Shown piece by piece: positions 46,496 to 60,209 of a DNA stretch of 64,000 bases (position 1 is its first letter; every line of letters begins with the position of its first letter). The notes under the pieces are model-generated. The model made no database searches, had not been told where the DNA came from, and was given only the letters and a program-made list of their open reading frames with translations. Origin of the DNA: Torpedo marmorata (Eukaryota); assembly GCA_977017645.1 (NCBI GenBank), contig OZ360229.1, forward strand, positions 42,780,001 through 42,844,000, in the 5' to 3' direction. The position numbers were made by a program, and so were the translations under genes.

Positions 46496-49350
46496 TACTA
46501 TGCTTAGTGATCAAGCTCAAGAAACTGGGATCAACATCCAGACTTTGCATCTTATGTCCATCAACACCACTCCTCTCACCCCACCTCCCCCCGGACATGG
46601 CCTGATCACACATCTGAACATCATCCCCAACACCCAGCCAAGTGTCCGTCTGACCTGATCCTGATCCTCAATGCCGCCCAATCCCCTGAAATCCAGGATT
46701 CCCCTCTCTAAACCTTGATTCCAGGCTTAATCCTCCTCTGCTTTCCCTCTACCAACTCCCCCACCCCACACAATCCGTAGTCAATCTATTTTCTACCGCT
46801 AATTGAGTTGTCATGGAACTAGAATATGTTTATATGAGAGAGGCCTATTATATCACGTGCAATGCCTTGGATCTGTGCAGGATTTGTTTGAAGGGGGGCA
46901 CTTCTGACTGAGGCCTTTTGAGGTGCAGAAAAATTCCTGGGCCACAGTAAATTCATCGATTTGCAGGCTTAGCATGGCCTGTGGAGTTGTTTTTCTGACT
47001 CTTTACTTCATGTATTCCTGAGAGATGCCAGAGAAGGAGTACGCAGTGTTCATCCAAAATCTACAGGGAGTGAGCTCTGCAGGAACTGGGGTGCATAGTT
47101 AATGTGGAAAATAGAACTATTATTTAACTTGTTAATACTTTTTAATATGTTATGCTTCTTTATTTGATAGTCATCGAGTAAACCAAGACCTCCTGATCAT
47201 TTTTATTGAAGGAACTATCCTTATACGAGGACCACTGTGACCAGAAAATGCCGCTTGCGCATTCATGTGGAGTAAGGTTGTGTAACACAAGTGGTTGTTG
47301 GCAAGAGCTGGCACTAAAAAGTGCTGTTTGCTGAGAACTGAATGGGGCTCTATTAAAACATGTAAACAGAAAGCCCAATTCAAAGGCCCTCAAGAAGTGA
47401 GCTGCACTGCACTGAAGTCCCAGACCATAAACCATTCAGTGGAGTCTTATTGTGTAGATATTACAACTATTGCTTTCTACCCCTCTCATCATGCCCATTT
47501 CAAACTTGGCAGAAAAGTACTTCTTTGGAATAAGAGGTAAGGTCATGAAAATACCTCTGAGGAATCTGAATTGTTTGCAAGCTAATTCATACCTTGATTT
47601 AAACTGCCTTTCACCTCTGCTAGTACTATTGTCACCTTCAATTTTTGTAACACTCGCTCTGAGGAATATCACCAAGATCACCTCACGTCAAGCTTTTTAT
47701 CCACTTTCAGATATTATAACATGAAGCTATTATCCATCCAATCTTTGAATTGCTCCCAATGCTAAACTGAAAGCTGTATCTTCAATCTGCATTGAAAATT
47801 CTAGTTGATGAATCCAGGCTATTTAGTGACAAACACATTAATCAGGGACTTGTTGCAGCTACATCCAATGACTGGCTTAAATTGCAATGATAATGCCATG
47901 GCTGTTTCTCTGAAGGTTAGTTCTGCAAAGTCTTAGAATTGTTCTCATATAGTCTTCCAATGGCTCATCAAACCCCAGTCCACAGCACTGCTCCTACAAC
48001 TACCACTACTCCTGAGCTCATGCCCACGGCCCAAATCTCAACAGGAGCAACTAATATTAGAGCAGCAGGGTTGTGACTGCTTTTTGTTAGCTGTGTTTTT
48101 ATCAACTTTCTGAACCCAAATCCTTCAGCGTCTATTGTGTGGGATCCTTCCACTACAGGTCCTGATGATGAACTGTAAAACACTCTGTTCACATTGCACG
48201 GCAGCCATTAGTATGAGACAGAAAGCTCATTTGGAAACAAGCACATTAATCAGATACCTGCAGCAGTTTCATCCTGCAGCACTGTGTCACTGTCAGACAG
48301 AAAGCTCATTTGGGAACAGACACATTAATCTGACACCTGGAGCAGTTTCTTCGTACTGTGCTGTGCTGGTGTGGTCATGATGAACAATGAGATGGAATCG
48401 TGATGAAAATGAGCACCTTGTATAAAGTGCCTGTGCTGCATGTAGTTGTAGTAGTTGTTGAACGAGTAGTGAGAGGCCAGAGGTCCAGGGAGTTAATTCT
48501 GACAGTCTTGAAGGACGTAGAAGGAACCGAATCTCATTATCCTTGTGCTCTGTTTCACAATGCCCTCTGTTTGAGCAATGGGAGCCCTTTGAAGATGAGA
48601 TTGCGTTTGACTAACTAAAGAATAATCAAAATATATAGCAGAATTCTCTTCTCATCATCCTGTTACTGCCTAGATTATGCAGTTGATTAAGGAAAATCCA
48701 TCTCTTTATTTCTAGTTTTGTTCTTTGAAAGAGGATACATATTGTATAGATTGATTGAAGGTCTGCTTCCTTTTGGGTTGGTGCCATTACATCAAATTGC
48801 AGAATTTCTGTCACAGTAAAACTAGAATTTCTCCCAGAAAACATATTTATCCTTTTTAACTTTTGTGTTATTTTTGTTTGCAGGGTTTTTATTTTTTTGT
48901 GGAGTTGATCAAATCTAATTAGACACTCCCCCCACATCATCCCACCATCTGACTCTGTTCTCTCTCCCACTCTTCCAATATGCCCATCACTACCCTCCAC
49001 CCTGAAATCGAGGTGCAATGAGCAATTCTGGGAAGTGTCCCAGCATGTGGGAATCCCAGCAATCAAGATCCAAAATCCCAAATGGTAGAACATTTCCCGT
49101 AGAACGCGCTGTTGTTTCTATAGCCATTCAGTTTCCACAGGTGTTTTTTATATCTCTATACCTTCAAGGGGACACCTTTGACCAGGTCAGTTGATAACAT
49201 CCCCAGAGAAAATTCTCACCTCTTTACTGGACTTTCGTGACAACCCTGCTCGCAAATTTGTCTGCTGATTAGTACAGCAAATGTGCATGTCCTCAGCAAT
49301 ATTGCAACAGAAGATATTAACACATTGCTAATGCTGCTCAGTTTTCTGTT

Positions 49351-49995
49351 TCAGAATCAGAATCAGGTTTATCGTCATAAACATATATCATGAAATTTGT
49401 TGTTTTGCAGCAGTATTGTGCATTACAGGTGAAATAAATATCTTAATACAATAGAAAAACTATAACATGCTAATACACATATATATATAGGAATTGAGGA
49501 GCCTGATGACTTGGGGGAAAAAACTGTTGCACAGTCTGGACGTATGAGCCCGAGTGCTTCGGTACCTCCTTCCAGATGGCAAAAGGGAAAACAGTTTACC
49601 AAAAGGGTGTGAAAAGTCCTTCACAATGTTTTTAGCCTTCCTCATGCATCGTGTGTTGTAAATGTCCGTCATGGTGGGGAGAGAGACTCCAATAATTTTC
49701 TCCGCTGACCTCACTATCCTCTGTAGGGTCTTTCGGTCCGAAATGGTACAGTTACCAAACCAAGCGGTGATACAATTGCTCAGAATACTCTCAATACATC
49801 CCCTGTAGAATGTAGAGTGAGGATAGGGGGTGGGAGATGAACTTTCCTCAGCCTTCGCAGGAAGTAAAGACGCTGCTGGGATTTCTTGACTATGGAACTG
49901 GTGTTGAGGGACCAGCTGAGACTCTCCACCAAGTGCACTCCAAGAAACTTGGTACTCTTTACGACCTCAACGGTAGAGCCATCCATGGTCAATGG
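49351..49995 (-). mobile_element. Rex1/Babar-like LINE 3' fragment
   Basis: KSTKFLGVHL...KKSQQRLYFLRRL; AEKIIGVSLP...LLPSGRRYRS; (TCTGAT)n tail. Confidence 0.85.
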
Positions 49996-50003
49996 AGAAA
50001 GAG

Positions 50004-50034
<31 letters not shown>

Positions 50035-50726
50035 GAGAAAGAGAAAGAGAGCAGTGCGCAAGGTGAGACTTGGAGGGGAACTCACATTTTGTTCCAATAT
50101 TTGGTTGCATTTATATTTGATGATGGAGGTCAGAGAGTTGAGAGGCATTGCTGAAGTAAACTTGGAAATTAATGCCATACATTCTGTAGAAAGTATGTAT
50201 TTGTTCCAGACTCATTAGGAGTTGTTAAATGCCTGAGTTCCATAAACATTGGAAATAGCTTCCTTGTTGTTGGAGCATTGGTGTTTGTCGGACCATTGTA
50301 GTCCAGCAGACCACAATGCAGACAAGAATATGGCTATATTATTAAAGTGAAGGTGAATGGGATGTGTGCAAGAGATAGAGGAATGATATTTGGGGTAGAA
50401 AATAGTATGATGATAAAAAGGGAGAAAACTATGGAGGGATTTAATTAGGGATGGAAATTCTAACTTTGTGGTGTTGGGACATTGGGGTTTATTGAGGATC
50501 AGTGAGGATAAAGGATAATGGTTGTTTGGGACATGTTGAGGCATAAGATTGTTTTGAAGTAGCTAATGCTGATGTAAGATTGCACCCTAACGCTAGTCAA
50601 AAGGCAATTATTAGGCAAGGCCATTCGGCCAAATAGACTCCATCCAGCCAGTACACTATTGCCCAATCCAAAGCTTTGTGTGTGATCATTTGAGATTCCA
50701 GATGTTGTCAATTGTGTTTCCAATTA

Positions 50727-53284
50727 AACTCATTCATTACCGAAAACATTTTTAAAAGCTATAATTACAGTTATACCAAAGAAGGATAGAGATGTATTAA
50801 AAACTGAATCATATAGACCTATTTCATTATTAAATGTAGATTATAAAATAATGGCAAAAATTTTAGCAAATAGAATGGCTAAATATTTGCCAGATTTAGT
50901 ACATCTAGACCAAGCTGGTTTTATTAAAAGTAGATATTCAAAGGATAATATAGCTAGATTAATTAGTTTAATTAGTTTGCATAAAAAGAAACAAGATTTA
51001 CCATTAGTTGTAACATTAGATGCTGAAAAGGCTTTTGATAGATTAGAATGGAATTTTTTATTTAAGGTATTAGAAAAATTTGGTTTTGGAAATACATTTA
51101 TAAATTGGATTAAAACTATATATAAAGAACCATCAGCTAAAGTAATTACAAATGGACAAATATCGCCAAAATTTTCTTTGACACGTTCTACGAGACAGGG
51201 ATGTCCCCTGTCACCAGCTTTATTTGTTTTGGCGATAGAACCCTTGGCTGAATTAGTTAGAAAAGATCCTAAAATAGTGGGTATTAAAGTTGGTACGGAA
51301 GAACATAAGATTAGTTTGTTTGCAGATGATGTATTGATATATATGACAAAATCTACTATATCACTTCAACAATTATCTATTATATTAAGAGAATATGGTG
51401 AAATATCTGGATATAAAATTAATTCAGATAAGAGTGAAATAATGGCTTTATCTCAAGGTGATTACACTAGATGTAAAGAAATTACACAATTTAAATGGGC
51501 TAAAGAAGGAATTAAATATTTGGGGGTTAAGGTTGATACAAAATTGGAAAACTTATATAAATTAAATTATCTACCATTATTTGTGAAAATAAAGAAAGAT
51601 TTAGAGAATTGGAAAGATTTACCCATAACTTTAATGGGAAGGGTAAATTGTATTAAAATGAATATTTTTCCAAGAGTTCAGTATCTTTTTCAATCAATTC
51701 CTTTTGGAATTCCTCAAAAAAAAATTTAAGATTTAAATTTTATTATTAGGAAATTTTTATGGAAAGGAAAATTAGCAAGAGTAAGCATGGAAAAGTTAAC
51801 CTGGAATTATGAGTTGGGTGGAATGCAACTTCCTAATTTTCAAAATTATTATAAAGCAGCCCAATTAAAATTTGTTAATGAATTTTTTGATTCAACTAAA
51901 TCTTCTGCTTGGATTAAAATAGAATTAAATAATATAGGAGAAAATTTTAAAGAAGAAATTATTTATAAATGGGATTCTAAATTAATATCAGTAAAAAAGA
52001 AAAATTCACCGATTATTAAACATTTGTTAGAAATATGGGGTAAGATGGATAAAGAGATAGGTGGAAGAGGATTAATTTCTTCAAATATGCCACTATATCA
52101 AAATGGACTTATATCATTTACTGTTAATAATCAGTTATTTAAAATTTGGTTTTGAAAAGGTATTAAGAAGATTAATGATTGTTTTGAAGCTGGAAAATTT
52201 ATTACGTTTCAAAGAATGAAAGATAAATTTAATATACCAGATAATACATTTTTAGCTTATTATCAAGTTAAAGCTTTTTTAACTGAGAAATTAGGTCATG
52301 CTTTGATTTTACCAAGACAAAATGAATTAGAATTATTAGTTACTAATGGAGAAGTTAATAAATTTATTTCTCAAATGTATAAATTGTTTCAGAGGAAAAT
52401 GCCTAAAATAGGATTGCATAAATCAAGATTAAAATGGGAATTAGATTTAAATGTAAATATAGATGAAAATCATTGGAAAGATTTATGTAAGTTAAGTATG
52501 ACGAAAATTATTAATGTTAGATATAGATTAGTACAATATAATTTCTTTCATCAATTATATTTAACACCTAAAAAATTAAAGAAATTTAATCTGACATTAT
52601 CAGGATTATGTTTTAGATGCAATAATGAGGAAGGTTCTTTTGTTCATTCTACATGGTTTTGTCCAAAGATTCAAGATTTTTGGTTGAATGTTAAAAAAAA
52701 TTTAGATAAAATATTTAATATTACATTTCCAATGGATCCTATGTTATTTTTATTTGGAGATATTAGAAAATTTAGTATTAAAAAGAAATTAAATATGTTT
52801 CAAGTAGAATTTTTACGAATGGCTTTAACGGTTTCGAAAAAATGCATTGCTATTACTTGGAAATCTGACTTAGATTTAGGATTAGAAAGATGGCATGCAG
52901 AGCTTTGTTCGTGTATACCACTGGAAAAAATTACTTATAATTTACGTAATAAATATCATTTCTTTTTGAAAATTTGGAGCCCATATATGAGAGCTGTGGG
53001 TTTAAGAATTTGAAGATCTCTAGATATCGGATCTACTGGCATACTTGACCTCCGTAATAGAATTAGTTTATAGATGATATTCCCCTTATTCTATCTTTTC
53101 CTTTCTTTTTTCTATTTTTATTTTTACTTTTACTTTATATTACTAGATTAGTGGGGATGGGGGGGTTAGGGAGGGGAGGGAGGTGGGGGGTGAAAATGTA
53201 TCACATGTATTTTGACAATTTTATATTTTATTTTATGTATTTTGTGATTTAAAAGTTTAAATAAAATAATAAAAATTTAAAAAA
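50727..53284 (+). mobile_element. 5'-truncated L1/Tx1-clade LINE, 17-bp TSD
   Basis: RT motifs YRPISLLN, LDAEKAFD, RQGCPLSP, FADD; C-terminal CFRC...H...C; G-rich 3'UTR and A tail; TSD aattgtgtttccaatta at 50710-50726 and 53285-53301. Confidence 0.92.
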
Positions 53285-54269
53285 AATTGTGTTTCCAATT
53301 AGTCAATAAAAATAAAGAGGAAACATTAGTTTAGGACCAGAGATCTCAGTGGTTCTCAATATTTACTTTGCTCTTTAATCTCTTTGTGTATTTGAATCAA
53401 TCATTTGAGCTGAAATTACCCTTGTAATTCATCTGCCTCAGCCATTTCTATGTTACCTCCAGATTTCAAAGCCCTCCTGCCAAGCTTTGTCTTCCACCAT
53501 CTATAAACTTAAGCTAATCCAAAACTCTGCTGCCCATATCTTAACTTCCACCAACATTCATCCATCCTACTGATCTCTGCTGACTTTCAGTAATTTTTGA
53601 GTAACAGCTGAATTTGTAAATTGTTTTGCTTGTTTTTGATTAATTCCATAGCATTCTCCCTTCCTATCTCCATGGCCTCTTCCTGCCCCACGACTTTCCA
53701 CGATATTCACCATCCTCCAATGCATCCTTTTATACATCCCCATTTTCAACTGCTCCACCTGTGCCTTCAGCAACCTGATCTACCTCACTGCACTTGGCAT
53801 TATGAAACACATGGCTTAAGGTAGCTGAAGATTTGCATGCTAAAAAAGACATCTTCTTAAAGTCAAGTGATTCAGCAATGCAAGAATGCATTCATACCAG
53901 CATCTCCTTGATAACCAAGGATATTATCTATTTGGAGACACATGAGAGATTGCAGATGATCGAATCTGGAACAATCAGACAATTATTTTTGATCCCGCCT
54001 TATCCGTTTCCCTCCTATACAAACGAAGCTGTACAAATCTAACCCTGCCAACTGCTATGCAATCTGCAACTTTAATAATAGGATATAGTGAAACTTAACA
54101 GTAATATGATCAACACAATTCTGATTCCAGAAGAACCCTTTGTTTCCTGTTCTTGTCACTAACTGCAGAGCATGCCCCATTGACGAAATGTAATCATTTT
54201 GACAGATCATAACTGTCAAGGTTTTTCAATGCTTCTGAATATCCATGATGTTCCCTTCTTGTACACCCC

Positions 54270-54527
54270 TCTTGTAAACTTTTCTCCCTTTTGCCACCTG
54301 GAAGGAGATACCGAAGCTCGTACGTCCAGATTGTGCAACAGTTTTTCCCCCCAAGCCATCAGGCTCCTCAATTTTTAGATATATACGTGTATTAACATGT
54401 TATAGTTTTTTATTGTATTATGCTATTTATGTAAATTTGCTCATGGTCCTGGAGAAACGCTATCTCGTCTTTACTGTGTATATGGTAATGAACGACAAAT
54501 AAAGGTGACTTGACTTGACTTGACTTG
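54270..54527 (+). mobile_element. Rex1-like LINE 3' end
   Basis: Homologous to 49440-49600 (reverse); AATAAA plus (GACTT)n tail. Confidence 0.75.
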
Positions 54528-55076
54528 AAATTAATTAAAAATAAAATAAACTATTTTTTAAAATATTTTTTAAATGAAGTAAACTTATCAAAAGGTATTT
54601 TAAACTCAAATGATGTATAATAATGACTAAAACACAAATAATTTAAAAATTCTGGAGTTATTCTTAAAATTCTTCCTGACAGCCATTAGGTTAATGGGTT
54701 TATGGGCTCAATGCTTGATATAATATGGGATCGGAATGCAGATTCCTGAATGTAAGCACGAGGGAATCTTGGTGAGCTCCTTCTCCACATTGAACTCCAC
54801 AAGCTTCCAGAGTGCAATTAGAAAGCTGACAGAGATCAACCAGTAAGTTTGGGACTTCTGTATTCAGGCAGGAGTAGAAATGTCAAGTTAATGCATATAT
54901 TTTAGCTAAACTCAGCAAAACCCAAGCTGATATGGATTGTATACTCTGTGGTACTACTTTTAGTGGGAAGAACCAGTTTTATATCTGAACCACATCTGAG
55001 GGTCTTTCACAATAAACATGTTTTATATTTGTTATTACAGGTTAATAAGTGTGATGTGAAGAACCTTGAAGATACT

Positions 55077-55313
55077 CGCACGGTTAGCGTAGCGGTTAGT
55101 GCAATGCTATTACAGCGCCAGCGACTTGGGTTCGAATCTGCCGTTAGTCTGTAAGGAGATTGTACATTCTCCTCGTGTCTGCGTGGGTTTCCTCCGAGTG
55201 CTCTGGTTTCCTCCCACCATTCAAAAACGTACGGGGGTTGTAGGTTAATTGGTGTATTTGGGGGCACAGACTTGAGGGACGGGAAGGGCCTGTACTGTGC
55301 TGTATGTCTAAAT
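55077..55313 (+). mobile_element. tRNA-derived SINE (HE1/V-SINE-like)
   Basis: A box tagcgtagcggttag, B box gggttcgaatc, central domain and CR1-like tail. Confidence 0.85.
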
Positions 55314-55669
55314 ATACAAACAAACCAAAACAGGAAGGAAAAAGAGGGCAGAATGATAGTGAGTTGGTCAAAAGAATGTGTGATGAATCTTATTATTGTG
55401 ATGACCGAAACAGATAAAACTTTGCAAGGACTATAATATAAATCACAACCAAGCAGTGGAAATGAGGTCAATGAACAATTCCCAATTGGCAACATCACAG
55501 GATCTGTAGGCCAAATTTGCTGAACCGTTAGATTGGACCTGCACAAAAAAACATCGATAAAGGAAGCCAACACAATCTAAGCATCAACACCCAGAAGAGG
55601 TTTAATTCATGCACCTCTTATGGTGTGAGGGCTACTTCTGCACCTATTTTTCTGTTGCTGTTCTTCTTG

Positions 55670-56320
55670 TTAGAACATAGATCAATACGGCATAAGGCCC
55701 ATGATGTCTGTGCTGAACATAATGCCAGTTTAAACCAATCCCATCTGCCTGCACATGGCCCATGTACCTCCGTTCCCTGCCTGTTCATGTGATGTCAAAA
55801 CGTCTCTTTAATATTGCTTCTGCCACCTCCCCTGGCAGCGCATTCCTGGCACCTACCTCTCTCTGTGGAAAAAAAAACCTCTTAAATATCCTTCAAACCT
55901 CCTCCTTAAAGCTATGCCATCTAGAATTTGCCATTTGTACTCTGACTATCTGTCCTATCTATTGCCTCATGATTTTACAACTTTCCGTCAGGTCACCCCT
56001 CAGCCTCCATGCACCAGAGAAAGCAACCCAAATTTGTCCAACCTCTCCTTTTAACTGGTACACTCCAATGCAGGCATTATCCTGGTGAATCTCTTCTGCA
56101 CCCTCTCCAAAGTCTCCACATCCTTGCTGGAACGCCGTGACCAGAACTGCACACAGTACTCCAATAGTGGCATAACCAAAGTTTCATACAGTTGAAACAT
56201 GACTTCTCAACTTTTATAATCAATGTCCCAACCTATAAAGGCAAGTATGTTGTATGCCCACTTTACCACTCTATCCACTGGGGTTATCACTTTCAGGAAG
56301 AAATGGACTTGTCTAACCCT
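55670..56320 (-). mobile_element. Degenerate CR1 3' fragment
   Basis: gaccagaactgcacacagtactcca (reverse of LEYCVQFW), acccctcagcctcc, 3'UTR motifs. Confidence 0.7.
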
Positions 56321-56684
56321 CCAAGATCTCTCTGTCCCAAAGTGCTTGCTCACCAACAACTCCTCACTGCCTCACTATTGTTTTTATCTATCTTGCCATG
56401 ACCTCAAAATTCACCGTGCTATTTTTATAAGCTCCTATCCCTCTCTGATTAGCCCAGTCAAATACCAAAGATTACTCGGATTGGAAAGTTACACCACACG
56501 CATTGGGACCCTTTCCTGAATGGATGTGATCCATTGGTCCCAAGGTCCAGAATTCTGCCCAAATCTTCAAAGTTCCTTCTTTTACCTCAAAATGTTTATT
56601 AAAATGCATCTTTTGACAAAACCTTTAATTATCTCCCCTAGTATTCCTTTTAACCCAATGTCCTTTGTAAAATTATACTTCTTT

Positions 56685-56833
56685 GGCGGCATAGTTGGCG
56701 TAGCGGTTAGCGCAAAGCCTTTACAGCACCAGCGATCTGGACCGGGGTTCGAAACGTCGGTTATATATTTTTACCTTTGTTATATAAAGGACACTGCTTG
56801 ACCTGCTGTGTTTCTCCAACTTTGTGTGTTTTA
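56685..56833 (+). mobile_element. Chimera: SINE tRNA head fused to Penelope pLTR arm
   Basis: ggcggcatagttggcgtagcggttagc...ggggttcgaa joined to gaaacgtcggttat...acctgctg...tttgtgtgtttta. Confidence 0.7.
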
Positions 56834-56879
56834 ACATTGTTACATTCGTTCTCTATTTAGCACCATTGCCACCACTGTG

Positions 56880-57130
56880 GCACCTTGTCGTTACTCCCTC
56901 CTTTGTTGTTGTTTGAGGAACTTCCCCTCGGTCTCAGCCCCTCAATGCCCGGTTACGGAAGGGCTCTAGTCTGTAGTCCTTCCCAACAGCGCCCTCGCAT
57001 TGGCTGCACCAAGTCTCAGTGCATCCCTCAGCACGTACTCCTGCAGTCTGGAATGTGCCAGTCGGTGTGCTGAAAGACCAACAAGTTTCAGGGAGACCAA
57101 AGGGCGTCTTTTACTGAGCTGATGACATCC
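56880..57130 (-). mobile_element. Tx1-like LINE 3' fragment
   Basis: - strand RLAHSRLQEYVLRDALRLGAANARALLGRTT resembles the Tx1 ORF2 C-terminus. Confidence 0.6.
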
Positions 57131-57141
57131 AAATGTTATTT

Positions 57142-57408
57142 TTTTAAATTTAGACATACAGCATGGTAACAAGCCCTTTCGGTCCACGAGCCCATGCTGC
57201 CCAATTACACCCAATTGACCTACACCCAATTGACCTACACCCCCGGACCGTTTTGAATGGTGGAAGGAAACTAGAGTACCTGGAAGAAACCCACACAGAC
57301 ATGGGAGTACGTACAATCTCCTTACCAACAGCGCGGGATTCAAACCCCGGTCCCGATCGCAGGCGCTGTAACAGCGTTGCGCTAACCACTACGCTAACCA
57401 TGCTGCGC
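57142..57408 (-). mobile_element. tRNA-derived SINE (HE1/V-SINE-like)
   Basis: Same family as 41950-42194, with an internal 15-bp duplication (cacccaattgaccta). Confidence 0.85.
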
Positions 57409-59034
57409 CATGATTATAGCTATAATGATAAAGAATACGTAAAAGGAAGTTGTCACTGTTGATTGGTTTTATGTTGTTGCTTTAATATCAAACAAGTTTT
57501 TATTTGTTAGTTGTGCATCAAGCTTTACAAAGTAAAATAGGGTAGAAAATATATTCATCACAACCTGAAACCTGCAAAAATTATTCTGCTCTTGTTTTCA
57601 TTGGAAAGTACTTATTTTTTAAGGTATTCTAAATTACAAACCAATTAATCTTGTTTACAGATCAATGTCTTTGGCAATTAATTATTGGCTAATTATCAGA
57701 ATAATCATTAGAACTTTAATTGGTAATTGTAAAGCACCGTGGGAGGAAGTGGACACTGAACAGTGATCAATTGAATGCACAGCCCTTGTTATTGATCACC
57801 TTTAACCTGTGCCTAAACTAATGGCAAACCCACCATTTAAACAATCTAATCTGTCCCCAGGCACAGAGCACATCAATCGCAAGAGAATCACATAAATCAT
57901 TATAGGTCACATTACATTTCCCAGTGGACCAATAGCTGATTAGATGGCTGTCCGGAGTTCCCTTGCCACCAATGTCTGTAAAGGTCACAGAAGAGAGCAA
58001 AACCTTAACTCATGGTTGACGTATACCCTGTGGCATGTCACACTCCAAGGGATCAGAGACAATTCACGTGGTGAATGTCCCCACTGATGTGGGCCATATC
58101 TGCAGCAACTTTACTTCAAAATCAATGTTCTTTATTCTGCCCAGCTAAAATCTTACCAACCTACAATTTAAGCTGTTTACAAGTCACCTGGCAAAATAGA
58201 TTACCTCGACAGAAAAAAGATTATATACATAGCAGATGCCATTGTAAATTATTGCCCTGACTCTGAGGAAGTATTGCCAAGATGACTGTTTTGAAATTTG
58301 TTTAATATACCAAATATCTGAAATAGTTTGAGAAACCAACGGACAAATCCACTGTGCCAGTGAATTTACTTCAGCATAGTTGGATTTAAATGAAACACTT
58401 GTTTTTTTCAAGTCATTTACTTTAACAGAAGAAACTCATGAAGTTTCTACTAATCAGAGAAGCAATCAGGAGCTGGAAAGGAAATCCATGTTGATTATTG
58501 CCTAGTTTTGATGAATGATTAAATCAACAAAAGCAGGGTTCCACAGTGTGATAACACACTGCCCTTTCATTTCTGCAATGTGGGTATGAACTCTACTCAG
58601 TCTGATAGAATGAGGGTCTCTTCTGTCTGTTGCTTGAAGATTCCACCAACCTAGATTGGACTGTCTCTACCCTGGGTTCTGGACAAAGCAAGGCCCCTAG
58701 TTTTGTTTCAATGAGTACGACTTTAAGCGGGTAAGGGTTTGGGACACAAGACCAGCTGAGATGGAATGGGGATGGCATAATTGCATAACAAAGAGTGTTT
58801 CTCTAAAATAGGCACCATGTTATATTCAGGCAGAGTGAAGAGAGAGGGAGTAATTTAACAAGATGGAGCTGGAACAGTGAAACGTCTGACTGAGCAGCAG
58901 TAAATTAGAGGGCAATCAGAGAATGGGGATCTCCACTCTATGAAATAACTACAGTTAAAAGTGGGTTAATTTTCCTTGTACACAGATAAGCAAAGAAAAT
59001 CTTTAAATTACCATCCTAAGAAAATCAGGGGAAA

Positions 59035-59146
59035 AAAACTGCAGATGCTGGAAATCTGAAATAAAAACAGAAAGTGCTGTGGCCAGGCACTATCTGTGGA
59101 AAGAGAAAGGGTTAACATTTCAGGTTGGAGATCCTTCATCAGAACT
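59035..59146 (-). mobile_element. Older Penelope pLTR arm with canonical hammerhead core
   Basis: ctgcagatgctggaaatctgaaataaaaacagaaa...; - strand CTGATGA-AGG...CCT-GAAA-TGTTAAC at 59142-59111. Confidence 0.65.
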
Positions 59147-60209
59147 CTTCAATCTGAAACATTAGCTGTAAAGCATAATGTAGAACTAGTGCAAATAAAA
59201 CTATGAAGGCATCCACCATTTGAGCTTTGTCCCGATTGAAGCAAGAAACAAGGGGCCTTTGGGACAGGGTGGGGATATGAGGGGAAGAAGGGAAATGGGT
59301 GCAGGAATTTCACAAAATAACATTCATAGCATGGAGGATCAAAGGAGAATACTTCGTATTGTGTCAGTAAAATAATGTCAATTTGTTTCATTTTTAAAAT
59401 GTATTACATTATTTTAAAGTACCTTTGGTAAATTTAACTTTATTAATTTATCAAACAACCAAAGACTTCAATGGCTATGTGCAGCTAAAAAATAAATAAA
59501 TGAATTTGCTATTTGTCTGTTGTGAACCTGAGAAAATCTCTTGTGATGTGCCAGCTTATTCCACGTACAATATCAGTGAAAACACAAAGGCAGCATATGG
59601 GCTTGTCACCGCCTACAAGTCAAGATTCAAGTCCCCATCTCCATAATGAGGACACTAACATATTCAGCCAGTCAGCCAGTGCTTGTATTTGCATAGATAA
59701 AATGATTTGTCCTGCCATTCTGTTCTCCAGTGGCTCTGGCATCTCACTCCGCACAAAGAGCATTCAGTCTGTTGAAGGCCCTCTGTGGTTGATTGCTTTA
59801 TAGAGATGTCCTTTAGCCATTCTGTGAATTGTTGCTCTATACTGGGCTTTTCTTGAAACACATTTCAGCTGAAGGCCCTACGTGTTGGGTTGTATGAATC
59901 AGTGACATTCAAACGATCAGGAGACACTGTGATTAGAAAACAATGCACTCCCTGTCAAAGGCTTGGCATCGTTTCAGCTGACATTTACTGAAATGCACCA
60001 AAGTCAGTTTTTATATATTCACTTGGTAATTTAAGGTTAGCACCATTTTTGCCAAAAAAATCCCCCCCACCCGTCACAAGCACTTCCACCACCATAACCA
60101 TCACCGTTTTCCGTTATCAACAAGCTGCCACGTCAAAATTTTCCCCCTTTTTTAAAGTGCATATTCCCTTCTCTGTCACAACACAAAGGTAACCCATAGG
60201 TTGTGAACT

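Noticed and set aside
55077-55145. tRNA genes at SINE heads (also about 42120-42194 and 57330-57408)
   Set aside because: A and B boxes are present, but each continues into a SINE body and there is no complete cloverleaf.
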